A stretch of DNA of 64,000 nucleotides from Octopus bimaculoides (lineage: Eukaryota), in the NCBI RefSeq assembly GCF_001194135.2, contig NC_068985.1, positions 55,018,670-55,082,669 of the forward strand, read 5' to 3'. The translations under genes and the position numbers were made by a program. Positions 49,395 to 62,174 of the stretch are shown piece by piece (position 1 is the first letter of the stretch; every line of letters begins with the position of its first letter). The notes under the pieces were generated by a model. That model saw only the letters and a program-made list of their open reading frames with translations, had not been told where the DNA came from and made no database searches.

Positions 49395-49800
49395 GTAATT
49401 GTGTAGTAAGAAGTTTGCTTCTCAACCACATGGCTACAGGTTCAATTCCACTGTGTGGCACCTTGCAAAAGTGTCTTTTATCAGAGCTTTGGGCCAACCA
49501 AAGCCTTGTGAGTGGATTTGGTAGATGGAAACTGAAAGAAGCCCATCATGTGTGTGTGTGTGTATGTCTTTGTGTTTGTGTTTGTCCTCCACTACTGCTT
49601 GACTGGTGTTGGTGTGCTTGCATTCTCATAACTTAGCAGTTCGGCAAAAGAGACTTATAGAATAAGTACCAGGCTTAACAAAAAGAAACCCAAAAAGTAC
49701 TGGGGTCAATTCATTCAATGAAAATTTCTTCAAGGTAGTACCCCACCATGGCCATAGTCAAATGACTGAAACAAGTAAAAGATAAAAGATAACACAAGAT
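49395..49800 (+). mobile_element. Family-B SINE with type-ii tail
   Basis: Complete head, (GT)n hinge and a tail ending gactgaaacaagtaaaagataaaagat. Confidence 0.85.
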
Positions 49801-49809
49801 CGTGTTGAT

Positions 49810-50063
49810 ATCAACAAAAGCAGCTGATATTCCAACAAAACCCATTCACTGATCATATCATGAAACAAACTGTAGCCTGTAAGCAAGACTGTTTGACCAC
49901 AGGTACAACCTGGGACTACAGAATGGCCAGTTCTGCTCAGGACAAACTTAGGCACATCAGCTATAAAGAAAACACATTCAAATCTCTCCAGATTTCTAAA
50001 CTGATACCATTTCTGCAAGACAGTCTTCATTCACTAGACAACTTAACGACAACAATTCCATAA
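49810..50063 (+). mobile_element. Possible ancient CR1/L2-type LINE remnant (end of endonuclease / linker)
   Basis: ..TDH.......TTWDYRMA.....ISYKENTF.......FLQDSL..L...IP resembles the 'SDH...WDY.KA...I.W...F.......L.NI...FIP' stretch of CR1 ORF2. Weak similarity judged by eye. Confidence 0.3.
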
Positions 50064-50264
50064 ACTGGTATGTCTTAACAAAACCAAACTGATTTTTCTA
50101 GAAACTGCATCTTCAAAGCACACTAATTAGTTGAGGGGGAAGAGGAGGGGTGCTCCTGAGCTTTGAAGAACCTCCATGACTGGTGAGATTGATGTCATTG
50201 ATGCCCAGTTTAAACTTCAGCAAGTCAAATGTTTGTATGGAATATTCGAAGAGAGGCAAGGCAG

Positions 50265-50470
50265 TGAGCTGGTAGAATTGTTAGCATGCTGGGCAAAATG
50301 CTTAGCACCATTTCATCCATTTTTATGTTCTAAGTTCAAATTCCACAAGGATTGACTTTGCCTTTTATCCTTCTGGGGCCAATAAAATAAGTACAGGTTG
50401 AGCACTAGGGTTGATGTAATTGATTGACTGATGTAATCCCAAACTTGCTGGCCTAGTGCCAAAATTTGAA
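50265..50470 (+). mobile_element. Family-A SINE
   Basis: ggcagtgagctggtagaattgttagcatgctgggcaaaatgcttagc...ggcctagtgccaaaatttgaag. Confidence 0.8.
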
Positions 50471-50519
50471 GCTAATATTCTAAGAGATATTTGGGTAAAG
50501 TGAGGTGAGACATAGTAGG

Positions 50520-50800
50520 GATGACAAGAGGAGAGTGAGGTAGTGGCAGTTAAGGTGTTGCCGGAGGTGGTGATTGTTGTTGTGGTGGTTGTTGAGATGT
50601 TGGTGGTAGTTGTAGTGGTGGAGGGTGTAGAGGGTTGATTGTAATGGTGGAGGTTGAAGTTGTGTTGATGGTGATTGTTGTGGTGGTGGTGGAAGTGGTT
50701 GTGAGTGATGGAGGTGCTGTTTTTGTGATGCTGTCAGTGGAGGTGGTGCTGATGGTCAGGTTGTGATGAAGACTGTAGTGGTAGTGGTATGCTGTACGTC
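50520..50800. repeat. Degenerate (GGT/GTT)n low-complexity tract
   Basis: Direct reading. Confidence 0.8.
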
Positions 50801-51689
50801 ACTAGTTAACTACACTACCAAAGTTGTTGTCTTGTTCAGTGTACAGGTATAACAACATAGAGGAAATATATCAATGCCAGTATGAACTAAGAAAATAAAA
50901 AGAACAAAAACAAAAACAATATTAGTTAACTTTATTATTATTTTTGTTTTTCTCTCTTTGAAATCTAACTTTTGTATTTCATATTTGAACATGATATATT
51001 ATTTCAAATGTTTTATGATGAAAAGCCAAGATAATTAACTGAAACAGAAAACCAAAAAAAAAAAAAAAAAAAAAGTGACATCAATAGTATTATTATTTTT
51101 AACTGGTATTTTCTGATTTATTAATAACTTTATGTAATAAAAACATCTACAGTAGTAGTAAAAATAATTGATATAGTAGTATAATTAATCAACGGAGTGG
51201 ATATGGCATCTAGGGAGCCACGCGTTGATGATGACTTAAATTTTATCTCTGACCATCATCATCTACTCCGATAATCCTCAACCTTTTGTAGCACAGTATG
51301 CCCTTTTCATAGAATGGGGTTTTACAAATGACCCCCATTCAACTGCTCAGATTTTGCTAAAAAAATATATTTCTTAATCCAAAAGAAGCTAATTCATTTT
51401 CTATTCGGTAAGTGCTGCTTTTAAAAAAATTTTTTGTAAATTTGTGTTTTATAGTACAGAATTCATAATTAAATAGAGCCTTCACTGAGCAATGTTAATC
51501 ATGGTTCTGCACATGTATGTAAAAGCCTGGGCAAGACTTTATGAAAACGTTTGGCCGTTGCCTAAGCATGCAAGTCTTCCTTCTACATATCAATGATGTT
51601 CATTCAAGAGAAAGGACACTGACTTGGGCACTACAGCCAGAAAGCAAAGAGATGGAAGAGATACCACAAAGTATCTTATTGAGCCCCCT

Positions 51690-51860
51690 AACAGTTCCAC
51701 CAATCTAGTGCCTAAATTTAAACCCTTTTATTGACTCTGAAATGATGAAAGGCAAAAATTACCTCAGTGGGTTTTGAACTCAGAGTGTAGAAAATTGGAA
51801 CACCTGCTGAGGAGCATTCTATCTAACACTCTCATGATTCTGCCAATTTGCCACCTTTAC
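51690..51860 (-). mobile_element. Diverged family-A SINE
   Basis: gatgaaaggcaaaaattacctcagtgggttttgaactcagag...gattctgccaatttgccacct. Confidence 0.65.
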
Positions 51861-51912
51861 ATATTTTTTACACATACACACTAAGGGATGAACAGTTAAA
51901 CAATGTAACTGT

Positions 51913-52145
51913 TTATCCCTTATGATACCTAACCTGCCCTAGACTGCTCTTGGTTCTATGATACAAACTTTATTTTTGAAAGTAATCTTTAAAATGATTA
52001 ACATGAAAATTTCATGTTAATTTACATTCTAAAAAACCAGTTTAATAATGGTAAAGTAGTTCAACTAAATTCTCTGTTCTTTTCAAAACTAGTTGAAAAG
52101 AAATGCAGTATATTTCAGCAGAAACAATGGTAACAAAAGGATTGA
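51913..52145. mobile_element. piggyBac-type MITE (family 1, inverted)
   Basis: ttatcccttatgatacc ... ggtaacaaaaggattga; reverse-complement homology to 37178-37407. Confidence 0.7.
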
Positions 52146-53647
52146 ACTGATTAAATACATATTGAAACAGGTTGTGCTACATTACATTTGAGGTCAGTAG
52201 ATGTTTGGTACTAGTTTAGCCCTTTCCTTGCTTTATTTCATAAGGGCCACAAATATTAGGTTGACAAAACATATTTGAGTAGTAAAAAATGTCAAAGAAG
52301 AAAATAAATCAATGTCTCACAGCCACAAACAATAGGAATAGGGACGAAGGACAAATTTCTTTTAAAGAAATATTTTGGCAACAAAAAGAACAAAAAGGAA
52401 AGAAAAAAAACCCACAACCAAATACCTTTGGTAGAAACGAAAAGCTGGGATATTATGAAAATATACAAAGAATTTTGTCAAATGTAAAAAGGATTTAGTT
52501 ACCAACACGAAAAGAAGCTAGCCTCTTTTTTTTTCTTTTTCTTTGGTGTGTTTCTCTTTTAAGGAGGACATTCTTTAAACTATTTAGAAAAATGGTTAAA
52601 AAGTAAATCTGGAATTTTAATTTTTTCCCTCTGTCTCTGGTTTGTGTGTGTGTGCGTGTTTGTGTGTGTGCGCGCACACGCACGCACGTGAGTGTCTTGT
52701 TTATTTTTTAAATTGGTTTCTCTGAAGTTAAGCAAACAGTTAAAATGAAGTATCAAGGATGACAAGGCCAGAAATTTGCTCTGAGTCTCTCCGTCTTTAA
52801 GCACCTTGTTTTTCCAAAGTTCAAAATAAATAAGCATCATAAAAACTAACAAGTTGACACTGAGAACATAATCAAAGAAGGAGGTGGGGTTTGTACATTT
52901 TATATTATGATTCNNNNNNNNNNTTATGTGAATACTAAGCTTCATTTCAGAATAAATTTGGTTTTCTTATGATCTTGGTCATTATATATTCTTCATATTT
53001 CTATTTTGGTATGTTTTAGTCATTTTTTTCCCTACTTAAATCCACAAGAGAGCACCAAATCCAAGAGTAAATAACTGAAACGAAAAGTATCTTAAAATTT
53101 AATCTATTCTAATTCATTAAAATTAAAACATCCCTTTAAGAGTTGGTTTTATAAGAAGTTCTCGGCTTCTCATGAAATAAAGAAACAAAATAAGAACAAT
53201 AACTTAAGGCCTGAATAATGCATACTTCCCTAACAATATCATCGTATTTTCAAAGAGATGCATCAGAAAAAAAAAGAAAAAGAAAAATACACAGAACAAA
53301 CTTGCCTTCACTTTTTATTATAACCTGTGGTTATTTTGTAAAGAGGAAAATGAAAAACAAAAAAAGTTACATAACTATCAACAAATGTAGATGAAAACAA
53401 GATAGGATTAAAACCATTGAGCTAATTGGATTGGATAATAACATGTTTGTTGTTTCAGAACTTAAACAGTCCCCAATCATCAGATTGCATGAAGAAAGGG
53501 ACTTCAATTACCATAATTGAGAAAAATGTGAGGTGAAGGATGCTGCAAACAAACACAAATATGTGCATGTGTATTTATATATATTTATTACATCACTGCC
53601 CCAGGATGGCAACAATGTGTGTGTGTGTGTGAGTGTGTGAGAGAGGG

Positions 53648-53679
<32 letters not shown>

Positions 53680-53859
53680 AAAGAGTTTGTGTGTATATGT
53701 GTGTGTGTGTGTATATTGATGAGGGCATGACTACCTGATTAAAAAGTTTGTTTTGCAACCATGTGCTTATTGATTTAGTCCTACTGCATAGCATCAAGGG
53801 CAACTATCTTCGACTACAGCATGAGTGCTGACCAATGCTTTTTACCCCTTCCTTGGAAC

Positions 53860-54690
53860 CATTTCCTTTCATCACATCTCACATTCTCAACATCGTCGCT
53901 TACCACTTTATTTTCCATGGAATGGCACTTTCACCTGAGCAGCTGTTGACGGCCCACCTTTCCACCCCCAGGTATCTCTGACCACTGTCTCTGTCACTGT
54001 GCATCCCTTTCTCACCTCCTCACACTTCACATCATCTCACTAGTTCCCATCTATTAGTTTTAATACACTGTTGATCTTCTCTCCAACTTTTTTGTACTGC
54101 CACCTTCTCCCTGACCCACTCCTATTTCCTTTACTTTTCTACATGAACTACACCAGCATCACCTCATGTTCACCATTCACCCCTATCACCATTTCTAGCC
54201 ATCCATCCATCTCTCTCCTTTCACACTCTTGCAAACTTACCTAGCCACCCACCCTTTCTGATATCCTATCCCTATTCTCTCATAGACACCTTCTAGTACC
54301 TTGAGGTTATACCTTGACACCTCATTATCATCTCTTCTCTATTACCAGTTGGGGTAGCCATGTTTCTTCTCTCCAGCAAGACATCTGTTCTTGTCTCTCT
54401 TTCATACTTGAACACCTAATATTAAGTCACCTCCCTTAATACCCTACCCCACCACCCATTTGAGGAATCTTGTCTTGCAAGTTACTTGGTGACCTCACTA
54501 GTGTCAGTGCCACAAAAGAGAGAGAAAAAAAGTACCCAGTACACTCTGTAAAGTGGTTGGTGTTAGGTAGGACATCCAGCCATAGAAACCATACCAAAGT
54601 TGGCACTGGGACACGATATAGTCCTTTGACATGTCAGACCATGTAACCTATGCCAGTATGAAAGACAAACGTTAAGTGATGATGATGTAT
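53860..54690 (+). mobile_element. (GAT)n-tailed non-autonomous retroelement with a ~600-bp pyrimidine-rich body
   Basis: A C/T-rich tract followed by gtggttggtgttaggtaggacatccagccatagaaacc...acctatgccagtatgaaagacaaacgttaagt(gat)n. Confidence 0.65.
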
Positions 54691-54710
54691 GTATGTATGT
54701 ATGTAGGTGT

Positions 54711-55092
54711 GGAGGCGTAATGGCCCAGTGGTTAGGGCAGCGGACTCGCGGTCATAGGATCGCGGTTTCAATTCCCAGACTGGGCGTTGTGAGTGTTTAT
54801 TGAGCGAAAACACCTAAAAGCTCCACGAGGCTCCGGCAGGGGATGGTGGCGAACCTTGCTGTACTCTTTCACCACAACTTTCTCTCACTCTTACTTCCTG
54901 TTTCTGTTGTGCCTGTAATTCAAAGGATCAGCCTTGTCACACTTTGTCACGCTGAATATACCCGAGAATTACGTTAAGGGTACACGTGTCTGTGGAATGC
55001 TCAGCCACTTGCACGTTAATTTCATGAGCAGGCTGTTCCGTTGATCGGATCAACTGGAACCCTCGACATCGTAGGCGACGGAGTGCCAACAA
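54711..55092 (+). mobile_element. Young tRNA-derived SINE (Arg-tRNA-like head) inserted into (TATG)n
   Basis: A box TGGCCCAGTGG (54721-54731), B-box-like GGTTTCAATTCCC (54764-54776), many intact CpGs, and (GTAT)n on both flanks. Confidence 0.85.
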
Positions 55093-57339
55093 TGTATGTA
55101 TGTATGTATGTACGTATGTGTGTGTGTGTGTATGCATGTGTGTGTAAATACATTGAATAAAGAGAAGACATTACATAAAAACTAGGTAGCTAGCTGATAA
55201 CCATACAAAACAAAATTCCCAGTATAAGAGACATACTATAGTCTCCTCCACAGTAGAAAATAAATCAAACCATTGTGTCAAAGACTGGAGGAATTAGTAG
55301 CATGGTACTGTGGTACAGAAAGTTTTTGAAGTCTTGTAATGTTTATTAGCATTATGTTATGAAAGGTTGCGAATACATTATTACTCTGGCATTCATGTTA
55401 TCTGACAAAAATAACTTCCAAAAATTTATATATTTTCATGTCCTCTTCCAATTCCCAGTATCCTCGTTGTAAATGCTTAAACCTCACATTTTCTCACTTC
55501 TTTTCCAAATATTGACAAACAGTTTACTGAAAATTACATGGAACTAAGCAACAATGCCTTATACACACTGTCAATAACTGTACAACAAAGGAAGTAAACA
55601 AGACAAAAGACTCACACAGTGTTTGCCAGTCTTTTTTTCTTTTTTGATGTGTGTGTGTGAGTGTGTGCAAACAGCTTGGATGTATCAGCAGCGACAAAGA
55701 AATTTCTTTTTGTTGAAAGCTCCCAGAGTGCTGCCTTATAGAACAGACACAAAACCATTCCTGACTCTCTGTTAATAAATATGGGGCCTTAGGGAGTTAG
55801 CAAAGATATTCAGTGAACGTTCTATAATTGGCGTTATTTCATTTGAGAATATTTTTGAAAAACAATGAGCAGAACCAATAAAAAGATAGAGAAGGAGGAA
55901 AAATAATTGAAATGGAAATATTATTTAATGAAGATAGAAAATGTAGAGAAATTAAAACAAAGAAGCATTATTAAAAACTGTTGAGTATAGTGGAAGAGGG
56001 GAGGAAAGAGAGAAAAATTAATTGGACAATATGGTGGTTGTAGTGGATCTCTGACACTTGATGATGAGAATTCAGAGCATCTGCATTACCTGCACCAGAA
56101 TTAAGGTGCAGGTCACTGAATATTCTACAAACACATGTACTCTTAACATAATCCTCAAGTTGAATCAGTATGACACAGTTTGTGTGTGTGTGACAAAACT
56201 ACCTTTTCAAATTATAGGCGCAATCCATCTGATGGGCTTCTGTACAGTTTCCATCTACCTCAATTTCATTCACAAGGTATGGCCAGACACATGGCTAGAA
56301 AATGATACTTGCCAGAGATGTCATGCAATAGGCTTGAACCTTTGTTTTTGTGGGTGCAAAGCAAACTTCTTGACCAATCAGCCATACTAAGCTTATTACA
56401 CTGACAATCCTAATACGATTAAGAGAAGGAATGGCAAAGTTTTGTCTCTAGTTGTTTTGAGGAAACAAGGTTTGCCAAATAGGAAAATAAGCAGAGCACT
56501 CTCCTCTTCCCCTAATGTAAACTAGTCTCACATTCACCCTTTGTTTATATAATGGATATTGTTGTTGCTGTTATTGTTTAGCCAAAGATCAGCCCTGATC
56601 AGAGGTGTTAGTTTAGTCACAAGAGCACCTAAGACTACACTGTTGAATGTGTACAATTTTTGGTTACTATTTCTAGCAGGTCAAGTGATCAAATAGTGAC
56701 TCTCTCATATATGACACATGTTTATGAAGGGTGAATAAAAGAAAACCCATTATCTTCCTCCAGACAGAAAATGTCTGAGATTATAACAATATTACATGTC
56801 TTCCTTTCGTCTTACCTCCTCCTCCCCCACCGCTGCTGCCGCCGCCGCAACCATCACCAGNNNNNNNNNNNNNNNNNNNNNNNNNNNNNNNNNNNNNNNN
56901 NNNNNNNNNNNNNNNNNNNNNNNNNNNNNNNNNNNNNNNNNNNNNNNNNNNNNNNNNNNNNNNNNACCACCACCACCAACAACAACAACAACTACAGTAT
57001 CAATCTGTTGCTTAAGCCTTAATCACTGACTTATAGAAAAGTGGTAAGTTGGGTGGGGGTGGGGTGTTCTTACATGTTAAGCTATCAGCAAAGCCTTACT
57101 GATAACACACTTGACCTCTGAGTAGGTCAGTAAGTTAATAGATACTAGTCACTAACAGACATTCCACACTACTCATTTATTGCATGTTACTAGTAGCCAT
57201 GAGGATGCCTCCAGAGGAAATAGCAGTCAAGTTCTCTCATACCACACTCTACAATATTTAAAAAAAAAAGGAAAGAACATTGGTTTATGTAGTTCGTATA
57301 AAAAGACAGCAATAGCTCTTACTATAGATCTACTTAATA

Positions 57340-58200
57340 TCAGAGTTGCTTAACTGTCATTTGCAATTGAGTGTGATCAGGTCCCTTGTATCATGCTTCT
57401 CTAATCTGTTAATTGTTTTAGGTGCATATGTAGTCGCAAGCAGATACAGATACTCTCCTGGCTCGCCATGGCTTTTATGGCTGGATGCTCTTTCTAATAC
57501 CAACCACTTTACATCATGTACTGCGTGCTTTTTCTGTGCCACTAACACAAGTGTAGTTACTATATTGCTTGCGAGACTACAAACACTGAGGTGGGCAGAC
57601 TTATGTTAGGAGATGAGAGGTAAAAGTATGAGAGAAGGGGCCAGAGTAGAACTGGTTCCTTGCTGTGGAGGAGCTACAAGACTCCACACATTATAGAAGA
57701 GAGGGTGGAAGTGATTGGGAGGGTAGCTGGAAACTGATAACAAACAGAAATGATGAAGTATCTGGGTAGACCCTACTAGGTATGTGGAGGTAGGTAGAAA
57801 TGAGTGGGTGGAGGTTGCAAGACAGTATGGGGGTAGGTGAGGGCAAAGGAGACAACTGAACTGCAGAGCAGCAGAATAGTAACAATGATGCAGTTGATAG
57901 GAGAAGGCTGAGAAAACACGTGATGTTGGGTAAGTTGAAGAAGTAGGTGGGTAAGAGAGGGGCAGGCACAATGCATGAGGAGGGGTAGTTGTATGGTGGA
58001 AGGGAAGGAGAGATAATTTGATGGCTCAGAGGTGGTGGGTGTGGGAATCAATAAGGGTGTCAATGGAGAAAACAGTATTGTTGGATGAAGAATGGTTCTG
58101 AGTAGTGAGAAAAGTAAGTGGCACCAAGGAGGCAATGGGCAGCACTGAGGGTGTCTTGAGGAGGAAAGAAACTGAGCCAAGCTCTAGTTGTACATATAAA
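57340..58200 (-). mobile_element. Same pyrimidine-rich-body retroelement family as 53860-54690, in the opposite orientation
   Basis: ttatggctggatgctctttctaataccaaccactttaca module followed by the shared gagatgagaggtaaaagtatgagag...cttgctgt segment and a purine-rich tract. Confidence 0.55.
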
Positions 58201-58239
58201 CACAAACACAGCACTACCAGAACTCAGTTTTGCGAAGGC

Positions 58240-58960
58240 GGATGGGGTTTCTAGAGAATTGCCTATTGACAGTCATCCCAGTCCTTTGTCATGAATGTGA
58301 AATTCAAGGTCCTTAGATCAGCCTTCACCACTTCATCCCAAGTCTTCCTGGGGGTCTCTCTCTTCTGCAAGCTTCATTAACATTAAGTGACCAACACTTC
58401 TTTGCACAACTGTCCTCATCTATATACATCACACATCCAGCACAGTGTTCTTTCTTGTACATTACATCTTATTCTTCATATTCCTGGTTCTTTTCTCTCA
58501 GCATATTTGTGCTATGTCTTTCATGCACACTTACAGTGCACATCCATCAGAGCAGGCTTGCTTCATTTCTTTCTAGTCTTCTTAAATTCTCTGGAGTCAA
58601 GACACATGTCTCATTACAATATAGCATTGCAGTTCTAACACAAGTGTCATACAATCTGCCCATAAGAAAAGACCTCTGATGCCAGCAGGAGTAGTAGTTC
58701 TCTGAACTTTCTCCAACACATCTTACTCTAGCTACTATAATTTCAGAGCAATCACCTCCCTTGCCAATTACATCTAGGTAACAAAATCTATCAACTACTT
58801 CTAGTGAGCCATCTGAACATTTAAGAGAAGCTACTTCCTGTATGCTCCTGGTATAAACTGCTTCAGTGCATCTGTCATATGCAAGGTTTATGTTCTCTGT
58901 TAGTCTGCATGTGATTCCACTACACCCCTTATGTGTCCTTAGCTTACATTGGATGCAACA
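58240..58960 (-). mobile_element. RTE-clade LINE 3' ORF2 fragment
   Basis: SLEVVDRFCYL, CSEIIVARVRC, RLYDTCVRTAMLY, LRRLERNEASLL and RPRKTWDEVVKADL; ORF 58547-58993 is part of it. Confidence 0.9.
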
Positions 58961-59276
58961 TATATTCAAACCTACTTCTTTTCTGCATGTCAAACAACGT
59001 CAGATTTTTGTTTTGAGACTCCAGGTATGGTTTGAGAGAGATTTAGCTACAATTTTGGAGTAATGATAGTATCAAAGTTGGACATATAATAAAGTAAAAG
59101 GAGGAAAATTATCCAGAGAATTGGTTTCTAAGAAACAACTTTCTGTTATCATTTATCTATATATCTATCAAGCTAGCTAGATAAATGATAACTTTCAATT
59201 AAGAATCCAGAAGATTGTATCTATCTATCTATCTATCTATCCATCTATTTATTTAACTATCTTTCTATCTATCTAT

Positions 59277-59328
<52 letters not shown>

Positions 59329-60364
59329 AAGAAAGATAGATTAGACAGACAGTTAATTGGATAGACACATAGATATGTAGACAGATGTTAAATTGAGAGC
59401 CGTGTGTAAAGAATTCACTTCGTTTCAACTTGAATAAATGTCATTACAATAGCTCTAATGAGAATCTAACTCAGTTGAAGAAATGAAATCATGAAAAGAA
59501 TGTTATATATTACATATCAAACAATTTAACCTTTCAAAGAGGCATCAATTTACACATCCTATTCAAAAACTTCAATGAGGAGAGCTGTGCTTGCGAATTC
59601 AATATTAACTTTCTTTTTATTCAAAGTAATAAACAAAACAACACAAAACGTTTAAATTAAATAAATTAAATAATTCTTCTTTACCAGATACTTTTTCAAT
59701 TCCTTCTACATTCATGGAAGATAGGCTAGAGAATTTCATTTCTTTTTTTCATTTGTATTTGTTTTTCTATTTTTATCATTGGTAGGCACCACATGGGATT
59801 GGTCATTAATATCTTTTCTTCATTTTTTTCAGAGCCACAAAGAATTTTCAATACATTTTACAGCAGACAGAAGCTATAATTGTATTTCTGATTGGCAATT
59901 TTTTAAATTTGCTTTTTTTTAAAAAAAAATAATTTCTATTTTACTGTCAGGATTCTAAAAAAAACGTAAAAATATACAAAAGTGCTGTCCTCTGAGTTGG
60001 TTCTTCAAATGCTTTTGATAAACAATCATATTTTCTTGGTCTCTTATATTACATACATACTGAGAAAAAAAGTTTAAAAATTTATTTTTTCCAAAAGTTT
60101 ATAAAAATTTTAGTTGAGTAAACCATCAATGAAAATTAGTGTCTGGGGTATCATTATATCAACTTTTAAAATGAATAAAAAAAACAAAAACAATAATAAA
60201 GCTTACAAGTTTCAGTAAATCTTGGAATTTCCCAGAAATATTAAAACTGAATGATAGACAATGTTAAATGTAGAAAGGTAAATCTCAAAGTGGATGGTGC
60301 CAACCTCCGAAGGACAGAAGAAAATTCTATTGAATTACGAAGAACAAAGTCTGTGTTTAGGACA

Positions 60365-60604
60365 ATACCTTGCATCTTTATCTTTTTCTTGTTTCAGTCA
60401 TTAGACTGTGACCATGCTGGAGCACCACCTTGAAGAATTTTAGTCAAATGAATCAAACCCAGTGCTTATTATCTTTTTGTAAAGCCTGATACTTACTTAT
60501 TCTATCAGTCTATTTTGCCAAAATGCTAAATTATGGGGATGTGAACAAACCAACACTGGTTATTGAGCAGTGGTGGGGGACAAGCACATACACAAAGGTG
60601 CACA

Positions 60605-60658
<54 letters not shown>

Positions 60659-60805
60659 CACACATACACAACAAGCTACTTTCAGTTTCTTCTACCAAAT
60701 CCACTTTAGTCAACCCGAGGCTATAACAGGTACCACATAGTGGGACTGGACCCAGAAAGAACCATGTAGTTTGGAAACAAACTTCTTACTTCATAGCCAT
60801 ACCTG
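60365..60805 (-). mobile_element. Family-B SINE with (TA)n hinge and type-ii tail
   Basis: tcttgtttcagtcattagactgtgaccatgctggagcaccacc...hinge...ctaccaaatccac...catagccatacctgc. Confidence 0.8.
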
Positions 60806-61112
60806 CATCAGTACATTTTTATTTCTTTTTCCAGTTTTTGTCTCCTATTTAACTTAAAAGTTTTTAAATGTAAACTTGTGAAGACCTGTGTTATATATAT
60901 AACAGCAACAACATAGATAATAATAGAGTTTAAAATGTCAATAAGTAAATAAACAAAACTAAATATATGCAACCAATGCATATAAACCACAAAGTATAAT
61001 GCAAAAGACATTGTCAAAATTTGTGGGTATTTCCATAAATGTGATAAATATGGCCAACTGCACTTGCAACATTAAGTTACACCCTGACTTGTATGTTCAT
61101 ATACATATATGA

Positions 61113-61174
<62 letters not shown>

Positions 61175-61875
61175 ATGCTTTAATGTTGTTGATTTTAGTT
61201 AGTGTCATCTGTTAATCTGATGATCTAGCCACGTGTATAAATAGATATGTTAACTTGCATGTGGTCAAAGAAATCAATATTTGTGTGTGTGTGTGTGTGT
61301 GTGTGACCGTGTGTGAGTGTACATGTGAACATATAGAAAATACAACTATAAATCAATATATAAAGATAAATTTCAAGTGGTAGCTATGGAGGCATATATG
61401 AAGCCCAAAGAATACACAGCTGACTCTGGCTAGAACCATGTGCTAACGGGTTAGATCAATAATTAAGGTCAAGCGGTGATGCATCAAATATTTGCTGACT
61501 GTTGGGTGGTGGTGTGGTAAGTAGTCACCAGCTTCAAACTCGTATCCATAACTAAATCACACTGAACTAATACTGCATACGTGTACATTTAAGTAAAAAA
61601 AGAGTGTATTGTATTGCAGCAAAGGAGTGGTGAAAAGGTGATGTTAAAAAAAGAAAGAGGCAATAGTTAAAAAAGTTTCAGAAGCACTGTTCTACAACAT
61701 TGATAGACATTGCATATTTAAGAGTTTATCAATCAATAAAGAATAAACAAGTTTATTATATTACCTATTATACTGGTTATAATAATATATTTACTATACA
61801 CTGGTGGATGCCAGGAACTGTAGCTATCAGTATCAGAACTATACTCCATACAAGCCAATGAAGGGTCCTTTACAT

Positions 61876-62117
61876 AAGTAGTTCTCAACTGAGGTCCATA
61901 TGGCACTCAGGGGTCCATATAAGATTTGTTGTTAAAATTTATGCGCAATAAATTGCTTATACTTTTACAATATACAAAATATTAAATTTTTTTTTATACA
62001 ATAACTAATAATATTTTATTATAGAATTACAATAGGATTTTTAAAAAATACATTGAATGGCTAGAATAAAATAAGGATCAAAAGGGTCCATAGGCAAAAA
62101 ATGGTTGAGAACCACTG
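61876..62117. mobile_element. hAT (Charlie-like) MITE
   Basis: Termini aagtagttctcaact / ggttgagaaccactg (consensus CAGTGGTTCTCAACC). The 8-bp TSD is not conserved. Confidence 0.7.
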
Positions 62118-62174
62118 CTCGGCACAGTTGGTTTGACTAGTAGTCAAATCTTCATCAAGTCAAATTCCACTATC

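Noticed and set aside
54711-54780. tRNA-like sequence with A and B boxes
   Set aside because: It lacks a closable acceptor stem and a proper anticodon arm, and continues into a SINE body; it is a SINE head, not a tRNA gene.
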